A stretch of DNA of 63,575 bases, filler included, from Reticulomyxa filosa (GCA_000512085.1; 17 parts of 17 records of this genome joined end to end with filler, not necessarily neighbours in it); one strand, 5' to 3'; shown: positions 38,475 to 51,420, numbered from the whole stretch's first letter. The notes: generated by a model from the letters alone, not told the origin. Translations and numbers: made by a program.

Positions 38475-40945
38475 TATTTCAATATAATCCATGTTTTTTA
38501 ATCAATTGTAAATGACTTGATATTTTTCTTTTTGTGAACAGGTTTGTGATTATTGATTGAATCCTGATCGATCATGGTAGAATATTCTCATCGATATTAA
38601 TTATTGTTTTTTTGTTATTATTTTTGCTTGATTGTGAGTATTTGTGTAACACTTGTATTTTCTACTCATTTTGCCCCACTTTGTAATGTTTTCCAAGATA
38701 CCCTTTTGCATTGTTATTAGTTCATATTGTTTATTAATCATTTTTTTTAGTACAATTGTTTTCTTTGTTTGTTTTTTTTGCTTTAATTGCTGCGCTTGGT
38801 TATTTTATCATTCGTGCTTTGATTAGTCTTGTCCTGCATTGTATACAGACATTTGGTTCATTCATTGAGGTTTTGTGTGATATTGCGTACACGTATGCAG
38901 ACAGCTATGATGCAATGATTTGAATCTCTTGGAGTCGAAATTGCCCGAAATTGCAATTGATCCTGCAAATAAAGTGAGTAAAAAGAGTCTACTGATGTGG
39001 ACATAATCATGGCGACTCCAATACAGGTGGCTTATCTATTGACGCTTGTGCCTTGACATCTCCTTCTATATTGTCTGCGCTTGTTTGGTATTCAAAAAAT
39101 GTACAAGTATTCATTTGATTATGTAGTGTCTTGTCATCCTTGTAATGTGGTCGATATTAATGCTGCTGAAACAACGACAGTCGAATGTGACATCATTCGC
39201 TATCATCAAGTTTGCCATTCATGACAATTTACTTTCTGTTGTATTTTCATTTGGTCCTTCGATCACATTTACAAATGTTTGTTTGTATTATATTTTCAAT
39301 AGTTATGGTATTTGCCTGATTATTTGGCATTCATGCATTTATTATTCCAATATCGAATGGAAATTAAAAAATTTAAAACAAATAATTTGGTTCTAATTTA
39401 TTTGTTTTGAGATTCGTTCTTCGATATTTGAACTTTGTTAAAGTTAAATAATATTTCAATTTTTGGTACAACAAAAAAGTGGCTGTTGTTGAACTATCTT
39501 TTAAAAACTATTATTATTTTAAATGGCACAGAAGAAAGTTTGACTCCACTGGTTGTCAAACTTTAAATCTTTGGAAGTCTTAACAGCGAACAATGGCTTA
39601 ACTAACAAGAGGTTGTTTTTTTTTATGTCAATTCAGTGGTTTCACAATTTGACAAACGAAATGGCCAATTCAATGGATGAAAAAAAAGAAAGGTCAGCAT
39701 AAAGATAATGTCAACAACAATAATTAGAGCCTGTTTGCACTAAGAAAATACAGTCTTTTATATTATATTCAAACAATTTCAACAATATTTTAACATTAAA
39801 AAATACTTTTATGACGTTAAATCAAAAATGCATATACATGTGCAAAAATGTTGAATAAACAATTTGCCAATTATAACAGTTGACAAATTGAGGATATAAA
39901 GAATATCTGAGATTGCTTTACAAATAATCACTAGAGTGAACGAGGATTGTTGGATCACAGCTGCGGATATGTTGTTTTAAGTTTTTTCTATTTCGTCACT
40001 CAATAAATGCTCGCAGCGTATATTCCTTCTGTGCTTGATAGTCAACAAAAGCGATTCGTTAACATTGATACACAATATCTCAAATGGCATTTTTAAACAG
40101 AATGAGGAAAAAAAGGAGACGTATACATCCACATATGTATCCCAGTTTTATCAAATTGCCATTTGATAGCAGTATCGAACAAGCAGTTTCATCTGCATGG
40201 ATTGTAGTTTAATACTTGATGGTGATGCATGATGACGGATACTTAAATGTAAAACAAATAAATAAACAATTCAACGGGAATTCTTTTTGATTGATAGCCG
40301 ATCGTTTCACTTTTAAATTTTTGTTGCCATCACTTTTTGCGTAGAGATTTGTTAAAAGTTGAATAAGGTCTTTTTGGTATGACGTTTTGAAAATTAAAAA
40401 TTGTGTGAAAAAACGATCATTTTATTTTATACAAAGCCCAAATTAATGGAATCGGCCAAAAAAGGCGGAATGCTGTAATTTCACATTGCTTTTTCTAAGT
40501 TGGCAACTCAAGATACTTTGGTTTCGCAACAGGGCATCTTTTTCGTTGTTGCGATTGTATTTATGTTTTATCAGTGGTAATGGTCCAATAATAAAAGAAA
40601 AACAATAGTAAAGCTGTGCTAATGGACTACAGCAAGACAAGACAAGTCGACCGCAGTGAAATTAACACATATGTGAAGTTAATAGCGTGAGTTTTATTTG
40701 ACTGGTTCAAAAAAAAGTAAGTGTGCCNNNNNNNNNNNNNNNNNNNNNNNNNNNNNNNNNNNNNNNNNNNNTTAATTAATTAANNNNNNNNNNNNNNNNN
40801 NNNNNNNNNNNNNNNNNNNNNNNNNNNATTACAACTCTGGAGTCAGTTATGACTCATGTATCACTACAATAGTGTACGATAATAAACGAAAAAAACGAAA
40901 AGCATTCACAAATTTTAAAAGAACTCAAAGCAACGTGTGTATATA

Positions 40946-42010
40946 TTATCCCCACAGCCGAATTGTATTGTCTTGAGAAGATGAAACAAGTAACTTTCCA
41001 TTGGGTGATACATCTATATTAGTAATAGCATCAAAATGGCCTATTAAGCGTTGTGTTGGTTCTCCTGTTGTGAAATTCCACATTTCAATATCTTTAAAGG
41101 ATGAACGAGCAAAGATAATTCGCTTATCTGGTGAGCACTTTGCAAACAGATGGGTATTTGGTGATTGCACTTTTTCCAGTAATTTGTTTTGGGCAATGTC
41201 CCTCGTGACAATGCATTGTTCAGTTGAGAAGGATTCAAGCAATGTTCCATCAGAACAAAATTGAGCAATCCGAATATGTTCACCTGGTCTTTTCATGGAA
41301 ATTATCCTTTCACCAGATGACAGACGAGCCACATGAAGTTCAAAGCAAGTCAAAAAAAGAACATATTCTCCACGGGGTGAAATCTGAAAGCGTAATACTT
41401 CATGGTCCTTAAATACATACAATTGCACCAGTTTTCCAGAATTGATCTCCCACACTCGTAGCGTGTTATCATCTGCACATGCTATAACAGAATTGTCATT
41501 ATGAGAAAAGTGTATGTCGTTTATTTCAGCCGAACAAGATTCGAATTTTCTTGATTTTTTTTCCAGACCCCACATCCCACAATGCAATGGTGCAATCATT
41601 TGAACATGTCACAATGGTATTTCCAGATGACGAGAATTCCGCCCTTGTCACACAATGACCATGACCGACAAAGGTTCGAAGTAACTCGCCCGATTTCACG
41701 TCCCAAATGCACGCTGTTTTGTCATTTGATGCTGACACAAGTTTTGTGCCATCTGGGGAAAATTTCACCCAATTCACTTTGCTTGTATGTCCTATTATTA
41801 TCCTTAATTGTTTCAAATATGGAGTCTGTTTAATTCCAAAAATTTTAATCGAATGTACAATTTCACTGTCATATCGCATTCCAAAAAAAATAAAAAATGA
41901 AATACTTCAGTCTTAACATATTCTGCAATCAATTGATCAAACTCATGAATCCAACCAAATCTCGCTTGTACCTGGCGACGCCACACTCGTAGGAGTATTG
42001 CTAATTCTTC
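40946..42010 (-). CDS. WD40-repeat protein (frameshift in an A-run near 41555, likely a sequencing error)
   Basis: GHTSKVNWVKFSPDGTKLVSASNDKTACIWD, GHGHCVTRAEFS and GHFDAITNIDVSPNGKLLVSSSQDNTIRLWG; the upstream exon reads RFGWIHEFDQLIAEY. Confidence 0.85.
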
Positions 42011-42655
42011 TTCTCTCTTTTTTTTTTTTTTTTTTTTTTTTTTTGAAATTCATTGTTTCCAAAATTGTCTTATTTTTGATCATCATGAACACAAATGTTG
42101 ATAAATAGCTATGCTTAAGGAAAAACGTACAGGAAGATTTCCTGTTCTGTTTTTTCTTATGCGTTTTTTTTTCGTTTTTGGATCTTTTTCATAGCAATTT
42201 CATTACTATCACATTTTGATTCAAATTCCATTTGTAATATTGAGATGAAAGGAAAAGTTTTCTAAGTTAGAGCTTTTTTTTTGAAAGAGTGTTAACGACA
42301 AGTTCAACAAAATATTCCAATTTTATTTCGTACAGCATATACTGGAATATTTAGCATACACCTTTAATTTGGATTCAAATGGAGACACAGATTTGGGAAA
42401 GAATATATATTCCTTTCTTAGCTGCTAACTCAATTTTTAGAATTACGTTGCTGGTAAATTTTTAGAATTTCATCACTCACAACTAAGCAAGTGCTCTTTA
42501 ATATTTTGAATCAGTCAATAATGAAGAAAATTATTTGATGTGCAAGGAGAAGTCATCTGTGAGATTTTCCTTACGGTTGAACGGCCGTTTGGTTTTTCCT
42601 CTTAAAACTTTTTACGAAAGGCTCGATATTATTATCAAGCTCTTAAAAAATTCGA

Positions 42656-43377
42656 ATGTTTCCAGCGAAATTGAGAAGATTCAATCGCAGTGTTCTGAGA
42701 TCTACAATTCCATATCAACATTGTTCCCGCTCTCATGCAAGCACAGTAAAACAGTTCACTGCCAAGCCGTTGAGCCCTTCAATCATCAGTGAAGAAAAAC
42801 GTCGGCAGTATATCCAACAGATTTGGTTGGCAAAAGAGGCAAAAGAAATAACGATTGACGAAATTGCAAAGAAACTGGGTTATACAAATGTTTATACCGC
42901 ACAAATACTAAATTTGCAAGCTCCACTGAACCCGGAAAAAGCATGCGAACTGTGTGAGATTTTAGGTTTTACAATCGACCCCATTTATTCCGAAATTTTG
43001 GAGGAAATGCAAAAAGCACCAAAACGAAGATTTGATCAGCAGATATTACAAGAACCAAATGTTTTGTTTGTTTGTTTTTTTTCTTCTCTTTTTTTTTTTT
43101 TTTTGCATTTTTGTTTAATTAAAAAAAAAAGTAGACATATCGATTGCTGGAAGCAGTACAACATAATGCAGAATCACTGAAGCAAGTTGTAAATGAAAAA
43201 TTTGGTGATGGTATTATGAGTGCCATTGATTTTCATTTGAATGTATCCAAAATCAAAGGCGCACAGGGGGAAGACAGGGTTGTCATCACATTTGATGGAA
43301 AATTTTTACCTTTCATTGAACAGAAAATCGACAACCAAAGAACTGTTGATCAAGAAAATGCACAAAAAAATCAATGA
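42656..43377 (+). CDS. cynS: Cyanate hydratase (cyanase), 2 exons (intron 43061-43134), with an N-terminal extension
   Basis: Spliced: ...[18 protein letters not shown]...QEPN|[10 protein letters not shown]...[15 protein letters not shown]...[14 protein letters not shown]. The catalytic R/E (YRLxE) and S (GDGIMSAI) are present. Confidence 0.95.
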
Positions 43378-43956
43378 GCAATTCTGCTTTTTTTTTTGGC
43401 CCATTTGCTTTGCTTAAACAAACGAGGGAGAGTGAGTTTGGAAATTTGACCATTTTTTTCCCCCACCCTTGCCTATTATTCAAAGAGTTGTTAAAGTAAA
43501 TGAGTTTTGTCTTTTTTTTCTCCCAATGGTTCTAATACAAAGCAAACAGAATTTTTTTTAGCAATTGAATTATTTTTTTTTAATAATTCCTTTGGTTCAC
43601 TAAGGGCTCTCTTTTTATAGTAAAGTTTTAAGAGAACTTTTTTCATTTCTCTCTCCTACCACAACATAGTCTTAAAAAAAAAAACGAACACCAAGTGACC
43701 AACACAGTTTTTTTTTTTATTAAAATTAAAATTCTTAATTAATTACTTATCTAAAAATTTTTATTGGCTGTAACGGCGGAATATGGGGGTCTTCTCTCCT
43801 CTTTTTTTCCTCCATTGAAAGCGTGCGTATGATATTCTACAGATGAACAAAAATGAGAGAAAGGAAATAAAGTTTAAGTTACAAAAGATAATACGATAGA
43901 AGGCTATTTTTGTAGCAGCTTTGTTGTTGTTTTGTATTGGTTTGCAAGAACAGTGC

Positions 43957-45817
43957 TTATAAAATAGCGCATTGACATTTGAAACAATTTTGTCTTGCCT
44001 TGTGGTCGTCCGTCGTTTGGTTGTCATTGTCTTCCTTCGGAACGTCGTACAACAGGGGTCGTTTATCAACGCCAGAGGGCTCTTTTTTGTTGTCTTTGCC
44101 ATACGGTACGCTTTTGTCTGATGTAGTATGCGTAAGAGAGTCCTCGGTTATCGGTTTTGGTAGTGGATCACTAGGAGCGGCCGGATTGAGTTCTGCATTC
44201 GACGTTGTGGCAACAGGAGTGACACTCTCTCGTTTTGTGGATTTGCGTGGCTGTTGAGATTCTTGTAGTTGTTGTTGTGGTTGTTGTGGTTGTTGCTGTT
44301 GTTGCTGCTTCTGCGACGATTCATCAAGTTCTACCACACGCAAAAAAAAAAACAAAAAAAAAAAAACAACCAAGACATTTTGTTTTGTTTTTTTTTAAAA
44401 AAAGAATCACTCTTCTGCACAAACAAACAAACAGTGTTGCTAAAATACGTGAGCTGGGTTGTTTTGTATTGGCAGTAGGAGTGTAAGATGACAGTGCAAT
44501 CGATCTCGTTCTGCTCAAAGTTTCCTCAAAGGGTTTGTTTTTGTCATATGCAACATCAGCATCTTTCTTTTGATTGGAGTTGACATTGGCATTATTGTTA
44601 TGATTGTTGTTAGTGTTATTGATATTGTTATTGTTATTGTTATTGTTATTGTTATTGTTATTGTTATTGTTATTGTTATTGTTATTGTTATTGTTATTGT
44701 TATTGTTATTATTATTATTATTATTGTTATTGATATTGGTATTGCCATTGTTATTATTATTGTTATTAGTATTAGTATTAGTATTGGTCGTGACACTAGG
44801 ATGAGTACTTTTGTAATTGTCATCATCGGTGTCAATAGTAGCAACAACAGCCGAGTAGAAATTAGTGTCGGCAGCAGGAGCAGAAGTGGAGGGCGAAGGC
44901 GAAGGGGAAGAGCCACGATCTGTGGCAGGAGTGGAAACGACGGGACTCGATGTGATTCGAACGGCCGTCGACGTCGCATTGGCGTGTATGTGATCTGCGT
45001 CTGAAGTGACATTGCTTTGGTGTTGGCGATCGACGACGACGATACTTACTTTTTCTTTCTTTTTGTCCACTGCGTTGTGGCCGTGATTATTTTCATTGTC
45101 CTCCTTATCCATCGAAGAAGGATCGTGGTGGTGGTGGTCCGAAGAGGTCACATTATTCTTATTCTCCTTCTTCTTCTTCTCGTCGTTCGATGCTGGCTTC
45201 GCCGCTTTGCTCTTCGTGCTTTTCTCCGTTTCGTTTTTCGTCGCTTTTATTTGGCCTGTGGATATCTCCTCGAAGCAGTCGTTGCATACGCGCTTCTTAT
45301 TTTTTTCTTGATGAAATGTCACCACATGTGGCGAACATTTCCCACATACCACACGTCCGCATTTGCGGCAATGATGCTGGTTATGCATATTATATATCAC
45401 ACATACATTTACTCACTTACTTATATTTCGTGTGTTATATATATATATATATATATATATGCATATATACATATATGTATATGTTTACATATATGCTATA
45501 CGCTTGGAAATTTATTGATCAATTCAGACCATCGCACTTTCTTGTGCCAATGGTGTTGAAAAAAAAAAAAAGGGGGAGATAGAGAGAATTCAAAAAAAAA
45601 AATTAATTAATTAACTCTTCGGTTTTTTCCAATCAATGAAAACTTTGTCTTACAAATCATACATTCGGGGGCTTTTTCATCAGGAACCCAACCCTATTTC
45701 CACAAACCGAGATTTTTTGACAAGTTCGACGGAAATTACACATTAAAACCGAACTGATCCTTTTCTTTTTATTCGATCGGCATCTATATCAGCTTCTGCA
45801 TCTTTAAACGGAAGCAT
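43957..45817 (-). CDS. FYVE zinc-finger protein with low-complexity poly-Asn/poly-Gln region (multi-exon; ends approximate)
   Basis: Spliced WVPDEKAPECMICKTKFSLIGKNRR|HHCRKCGRVVCGKCS...KRVCNDCF contains the FYVE WxxD, RRHHCRxCG and RVC motifs. Confidence 0.85.
44622..44784. repeat. (ATTGTT)n/(ATT)n microsatellite encoding poly-Asn
   Basis: Direct observation. Confidence 0.9.
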
Positions 45818-46243
45818 CTTCCCTAACAGGAAGGATCAATTTACGTTTTAATTTTTTTTTTTAAGTTCACTTTTTTAGCTGAACAAAGCGATTGTTCTTT
45901 GGGTAGTGCACATCAAACTCAAAGTTTATTGCCTATCTAAATAATATATATCACGAAAAAACTTAGGTCACAAATACTAATTTTTATCGATTTAATAAAG
46001 ATGAAAAAACTGGATGGTCAGTAATGGTTACTTTTAGGCGGAACTGATTTTTATTTGAAAATCGGCTTTGCATTTAAAAATTTGAAATGAAAAAATGTAA
46101 TAGTAATTATATATATAACAATGAAATACGAAAATCCGGAACTTCGAAAGCGCGTCCAGTTTTTTTAGTAAGTCTGAAATTGATATTAGTTTGTTTGGAT
46201 TGGGTTGTTCCTGCGAACAGTATAAATCTCAATAAGGGATCAA

Positions 46244-48038
46244 ATGTCTGTTACGTTTTGTAAAGTTAAGTTTTTGCGTTGTCTTTTTTTTGTGCAGTTC
46301 TTCGGAAGAGGAAAGGAAAAAAGAAAAAAATGTGGGAACATAGAGATTATTTGTATTTTGTTTATTTTGAATGCTGTGGTTATTGTTTTGTGATTTTAGA
46401 TGGGTTGCACTATGTCAGTCAACCCCGGGAAGACACCAAATGGAAAACCGTACAACACGTGTTGTCGAGAGTGTGCAGTGGGTTTCGGTATTCACAGTAC
46501 GGAATGTCAAACTCGAAATGGCAGTTGAGTGAGTAAATGTTCCAATTCCGAAAAAAAAAAAAGTTGCATGTTGAAAAAAAATAAAAATAAAAAAAAAAAA
46601 TACGAAATTGTGTAAAGAGACGACAGCAGTGGTAGGAATTCGTGGGGGTACTTCAACGAAGGAATTGAAGAAAAAGAAGAAGAAAAAAGTAGTACGCAAA
46701 AAGGGGTGCGTTTTGAAAGCTTTTCTTTGTACTTGTTCCGGGTGTTGAAACAAGTACATCCCGCACTTGGAATTAGCAAACGAGCTATGGATGTTTTGAA
46801 CACAATTGGTGCGCTGTAGGATTTTACATACATTATACCATTATTGTATATATGCATATATATATATATACATATATGTATATGAATACATTATATAAAT
46901 ATATAATTATGTATGTCAATTTCGTTGGCATGCACTAACAAAACGTGTATACATTTTGGTGAATTTTGTCGGACTTGTTGTTAATCGTGTCATCCAAAAC
47001 AATAATGCCTAAAAGTGTGGGACCTGTTTAACCGAATTGCAAAAGAAGCAAGTGCAATCTTGAGAAGAGAAGACGGGACAACAATCCGGGCAAAGCATGT
47101 ACTGACCGCCACCAAATTGGCCCTCAAAGGGGAACTGGCCAAACATGCCCTTTCTGAAGCCAACAAGGCCATTGCTAAATTCAATGAAGCAGTTTTGTAA
47201 AAACCTTACTATATACATATATATGTACATATATATATATATATATATATATGTTTATATTTATTTATATTTATGTGTTTATATCCCTTTCCTTCTCCTC
47301 TTGAAAGAACAAGTTTCATAATAATAATAATAAAAAAGATGCGTGTACTAAATTTGTTGAATGCAATAGGGAACCGGTTCAAAAACGAAAAGAGCCGGAC
47401 TGGTGTTCTCAATGCCGAAATTTCGAAAATTACTGAAACATGAGCGTTATGCCGAAAAGATTTCTGGTGCTGCCCCTATTGCGATTGCAGCTGTTCTTGA
47501 GTATATTATTTGTGAAGTGTTGGAATTGAGTGGAAACGCCGCGAAAGATAATGCCAAAATCCGAATTATTCCAAGACATGTAAGTAAATTTTTTCCCCAC
47601 CACATTGATAACTTTTATCTCTTGCACTTTTGCTGTTTGAAAAAAAAAAAAAAAAAAAAAAGATAAGATTGATCAAACTCCAAACTTTGTTTTGGATATG
47701 TATGTATTGTATTACAACAAAAAAAGCTACATCTTGCGATAGCAAATGATGACGAACTTGTACAACTGCTTGGAGGGCCCAGACGAGTGATCCCTCAGGC
47801 AGGTGTTTTACCGTGTATTCATCCCTCGTTAATTCCTGTTCAAGGGAAAAAATCCCTGATGGTAGTTCTGGTTTTTCATTTACTGGTCCTTCATCTTCAG
47901 GTTGGTCTTTTGCAACAACCACTGACCCTTCAGCTCCTCCGGACACTACTACCACTGCTGTTACTACTGACACTACGGCCGCTAGTGTTGCTTTTTAATC
48001 GCTGTGGTCTTGTCAATAAACGAAAACGACAGTCGTAG
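46244..48038 (+). CDS. Cys/His-rich domain + histone H2B + histone H2A fusion (histone doublet), paralog 1; exons 46244-46264, 46400-46523, 46620-46808, 47016-47191, 47370-47579, 47727-end
   Basis: H2B: ESFSLYLFRVLKQVHPALGISKRAMDVLNTI|VWDLFNRIAKEAS...GELAKHALSEANKAIAKF. H2A: KRAGLVFSMPKFRKLLK..YAEKISGAAPIAIAAVLEYIICEVLELSGNAAKDN..RIIPRH|LHLAIANDDEL...QAGVLPCIH. All junctions are GT-AG and in phase. Confidence 0.8.
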
Positions 48039-48800
48039 TCAATACTGTCGAATTTATGACGTTTTGGAGTGCCTTTTTTTTTTTGTCATTATAATGTGGC
48101 CAAAGGTCGTCAATATTTATTGCTTTTCTTCCAACTCTTTTCACAATATCTTCAGTAAGGGTCTGCATTTACATAAAATTCGACCACATTAATATCTTAA
48201 TGTGTGCGTGTATGTTTCTTTTTGTTTTGTTTTTTTTTATTTTTCCTTCTTCCCTTGTTTACTTCTTCGCCACAAGAAATGTTTGAATAAATAAGAAATA
48301 AGCTGAAAAAATTTTTGAAAAACAAATTTCGGATTCTTGCAAAAAATAAATTATGTCCATCTCAATGTGGTGATATTGTGCTTTTGTTCGTAGTTGAGGT
48401 TAACATTTTTTTTGTGTAACTGGCATTGTACTTACTATAATCAAATCTTTTCAGAGCTTATTTTGTCTCAAGATATAACAGCAGAAAACAAAAACATCAA
48501 ATCGTAGTGTTTACACTGATAGACGCTTATGGCGTTGTAAACGAGACATTTTTAAACAAAAAAATGGTGCAATAATGTACCTACTGACAGTTATATAGCT
48601 TATACTAAATGAATTAATTATTATATTGGAAAAATTAATTATCTTGGCGGCTTGTCGCTTTAAAACAACTTAACATTCGAGAGAAGGGGAAGTGGAAAAA
48701 GAACATTTTTTCATGTTTGATAATTGTTAATCTCATTTATATTATTTATTTATTTTTGCTTATTTTGTTGTACGTCATTAAGAATAAACACTACGAGAGA

Positions 48801-49438
48801 ATGTCTACAGCCGTCCTTTGCAAAGTGTGTCTTAGTTTGTCCCCATGTCTTTCCAACACTAAACATTTTAGCATGCAAAAAAAAATAGCATTTAAAAAAA
48901 CGGACTATTACATTGTTATTGGGTGATGTGGACAAAAAAAAAAATGTATTTTTTTGAGATGGGATGCAACATGTTGGTAAATCCGGAACAAGACTCAAAA
49001 GAGCCTAATAATGAAGCATGCTGCAATGAATGTGCGTCAGGTTCAATTCATCACAGTGAAGAATGTCAATCTCGAAACACCAATAGTTTTTTTTTTTTTT
49101 TTTTCCTCTCCCTCCCCAATCACGTCCTACACGTATAGTAATAATGATTTACAATGACATTGGGTAATGATCAATAAAAAAATAAAACAATGAAACTTTA
49201 TAGAAGAAAAAGCGCCACAGAACTTTGTAGGAACAGAAGAGGAAAAGAACGGGAACAAGAACGGAGCAAAAAAAATACGAAAAAAGAAAAAAGGTAAAAC
49301 CCAACAAAACCCCCGCAATACCCGTGGCGAAAGGGTTGCATTTGAAAGATTTGAACGTTACACGGCGCGTGTATTAAAACAAGTCCATCCCCGTTTGTCC
49401 ATGACACTTCGCTGTGCGGCTGTTATGAATACTATTGG
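48801..49438 (+). CDS. Cys/His-rich domain + H2B-like histone, paralog 2 (truncated at contig end); exons 48801-48824, 48959-49085, 49204-49437
   Basis: MSTAVLCK|MGCNMLVNP...CCNECASGSIHHSEEC..|...FERFERYTARVLKQVHPRLSMTLRCAAVMNTI. Intron positions and phases match paralog 1. Confidence 0.8.
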
Positions 49439-49899
49439 NNNNNNNNNNNNNNNNNNNNNNNNNNNNNNNNNNNNNNNNNNNNTTAATTAATTAANNNNNN
49501 NNNNNNNNNNNNNNNNNNNNNNNNNNNNNNNNNNNNNNGTTTGGAGTCAATCAGAAAATAATGACATGTTCAGTTTTTGACTCAGATTATGTAAAAAAAA
49601 GATTGCAAGATGTTAAAAATATAGATATGCAACGCACAAGAAAAAAGAAGTGCAAATATTGTATAAAATCAAATCATGAACCAAAGTAAACATAAATGTA
49701 CATTATGTTATGGAAAATATTTCAGTGACTCTATCTTATGTACAGTTATTTAAAGACATTAATATGAAGTTTTTTGCTTTTTCGTGATAAATTGACTCTT
49801 AAAAAAAGGACAAAAAGGAAATGCAATTGAAAATAAAACACAAGAAACAAAAAAGATAGAGTCAATAGAATACGTAATAACCAAAATCAAAACAGAAAA

Positions 49900-51420
49900 C
49901 AATAATCAAAATGAAAAGCCCAACTGTTGGAGCAAAATATCCAAAGGAAAATATAGCAATAGCAGTCTTCAATTCCAAAATTTATATAATCAACTCTGGA
50001 TTGAAACAGTAAGAATAAGTATTTTGTGCAAAATAAATTCATCATTTGAAAAGGAAGTAGAAAATCAAAAAAGTCACAGAATTTATTGTTATTAGTGGAG
50101 ATTGGAATGCAAATCAACAAACATGGTCGGATGAAAAAATAGACAGTGTTGGAGAAGTTGTTGTGGACTTCATTATTCAAAATGGACTCCACATTTTACA
50201 CTACAATCTATTTAATCACAATCTAGAGAAAAATGATGGGAAATCACCATTGATAATTCACTATGTTTCAAATTTATGAGGACTGATAATGATAAATTGG
50301 ATTTTTATTCTGATCGTTTACAAATTACGTTCAGTATTTAATTTGGATGAAAACAATATGGAAGGTAACAAGTATTGTGAAGCGATTCCTTGCATAGAAA
50401 GTTCATAGACTCGAATGTGAATTCAGTAAGTATCGTACCGAACTGAAGAGAATACTTAGTGTGAAAAACAAAAGTATTTGGTTCGAAACATTCAATTACT
50501 ACATGAAGGTAATCAAGAAATTATTCTATCAATTTAAGTCAATGAATTCTAACAAATTTGGAGTCATTCATACTATCATTTATCAAATGACAAACTAGAC
50601 AATCACAGCAAATGTAAAAATTATAGACTGATTTCATTACTGTACAGCGTTGGTAAATTATTAGAAAAAAAAACACTATGAAGTTAATGTGGTACCTAAA
50701 TGAAAACAAGCTAGTACATCATTGCATCGACACAATAAACAGACATGTTAAATATTTAGTATTAATCATGAACTACAAACTTACATAAAACATCATATTA
50801 ATTATATCATGGAAAAGTAGTAGAAAACTTGGTTATTTAATATTCATAGTATATAACGTGTTGTACAAACGAAATCATAATATCACACCAGATGAAAAAT
50901 TCTGTTGACTGGAAAAATTATTAACGCTAGCAAGAGTCTACATACATGCAAAATTAGATGTAGTAATATCCCTTTTTTGGAGATTTTCTCCTTTGCATTG
51001 GTGGGTTTGTTCCAAAAATTTTCCATTTTAGAAATGGATGAAGCCAACTTCAGGAGAAATTTTGTAGTCATTTGATAAGAATATAATGTAGTTTTTGCAG
51101 ATGAAATACCAAACCAGAGCCTGGAATTGGAGGAGCATAAGATAAATCATTTCCAAGTTGAATTTTCAATCAAAGGGTCACAGCGGCAATTGGAATGAAA
51201 TTGAAGCAATTCGTCAATGATTGAATTATATCATACATATAAAAAAATAATAAAATAATTGTAATACTTTCTATGGAGTCAATGTAATTCTTTACAAATG
51301 CGACGATAATGAATATGCTGACGTAGTAACAAAAACACATAATATATTTCGAAGACAATATAGAACGGCACAGTTACTGGACTTTCATATTCTACCAAAT
51401 TTAAAAAGTTGATAATTGAA
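49900..51420 (+). mobile_element. Decayed LINE retrotransposon (APE endonuclease + reverse transcriptase)
   Basis: FIVISGDWNANQQTW...GEVVVDFIIQNGLHIL near 50080-50200 (APE GDFNA motif) and KNYRLISLLYSVGKLLEK near 50617-50670 (RT NYRPISLL motif). Heavily mutated; boundaries approximate. Confidence 0.8.
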
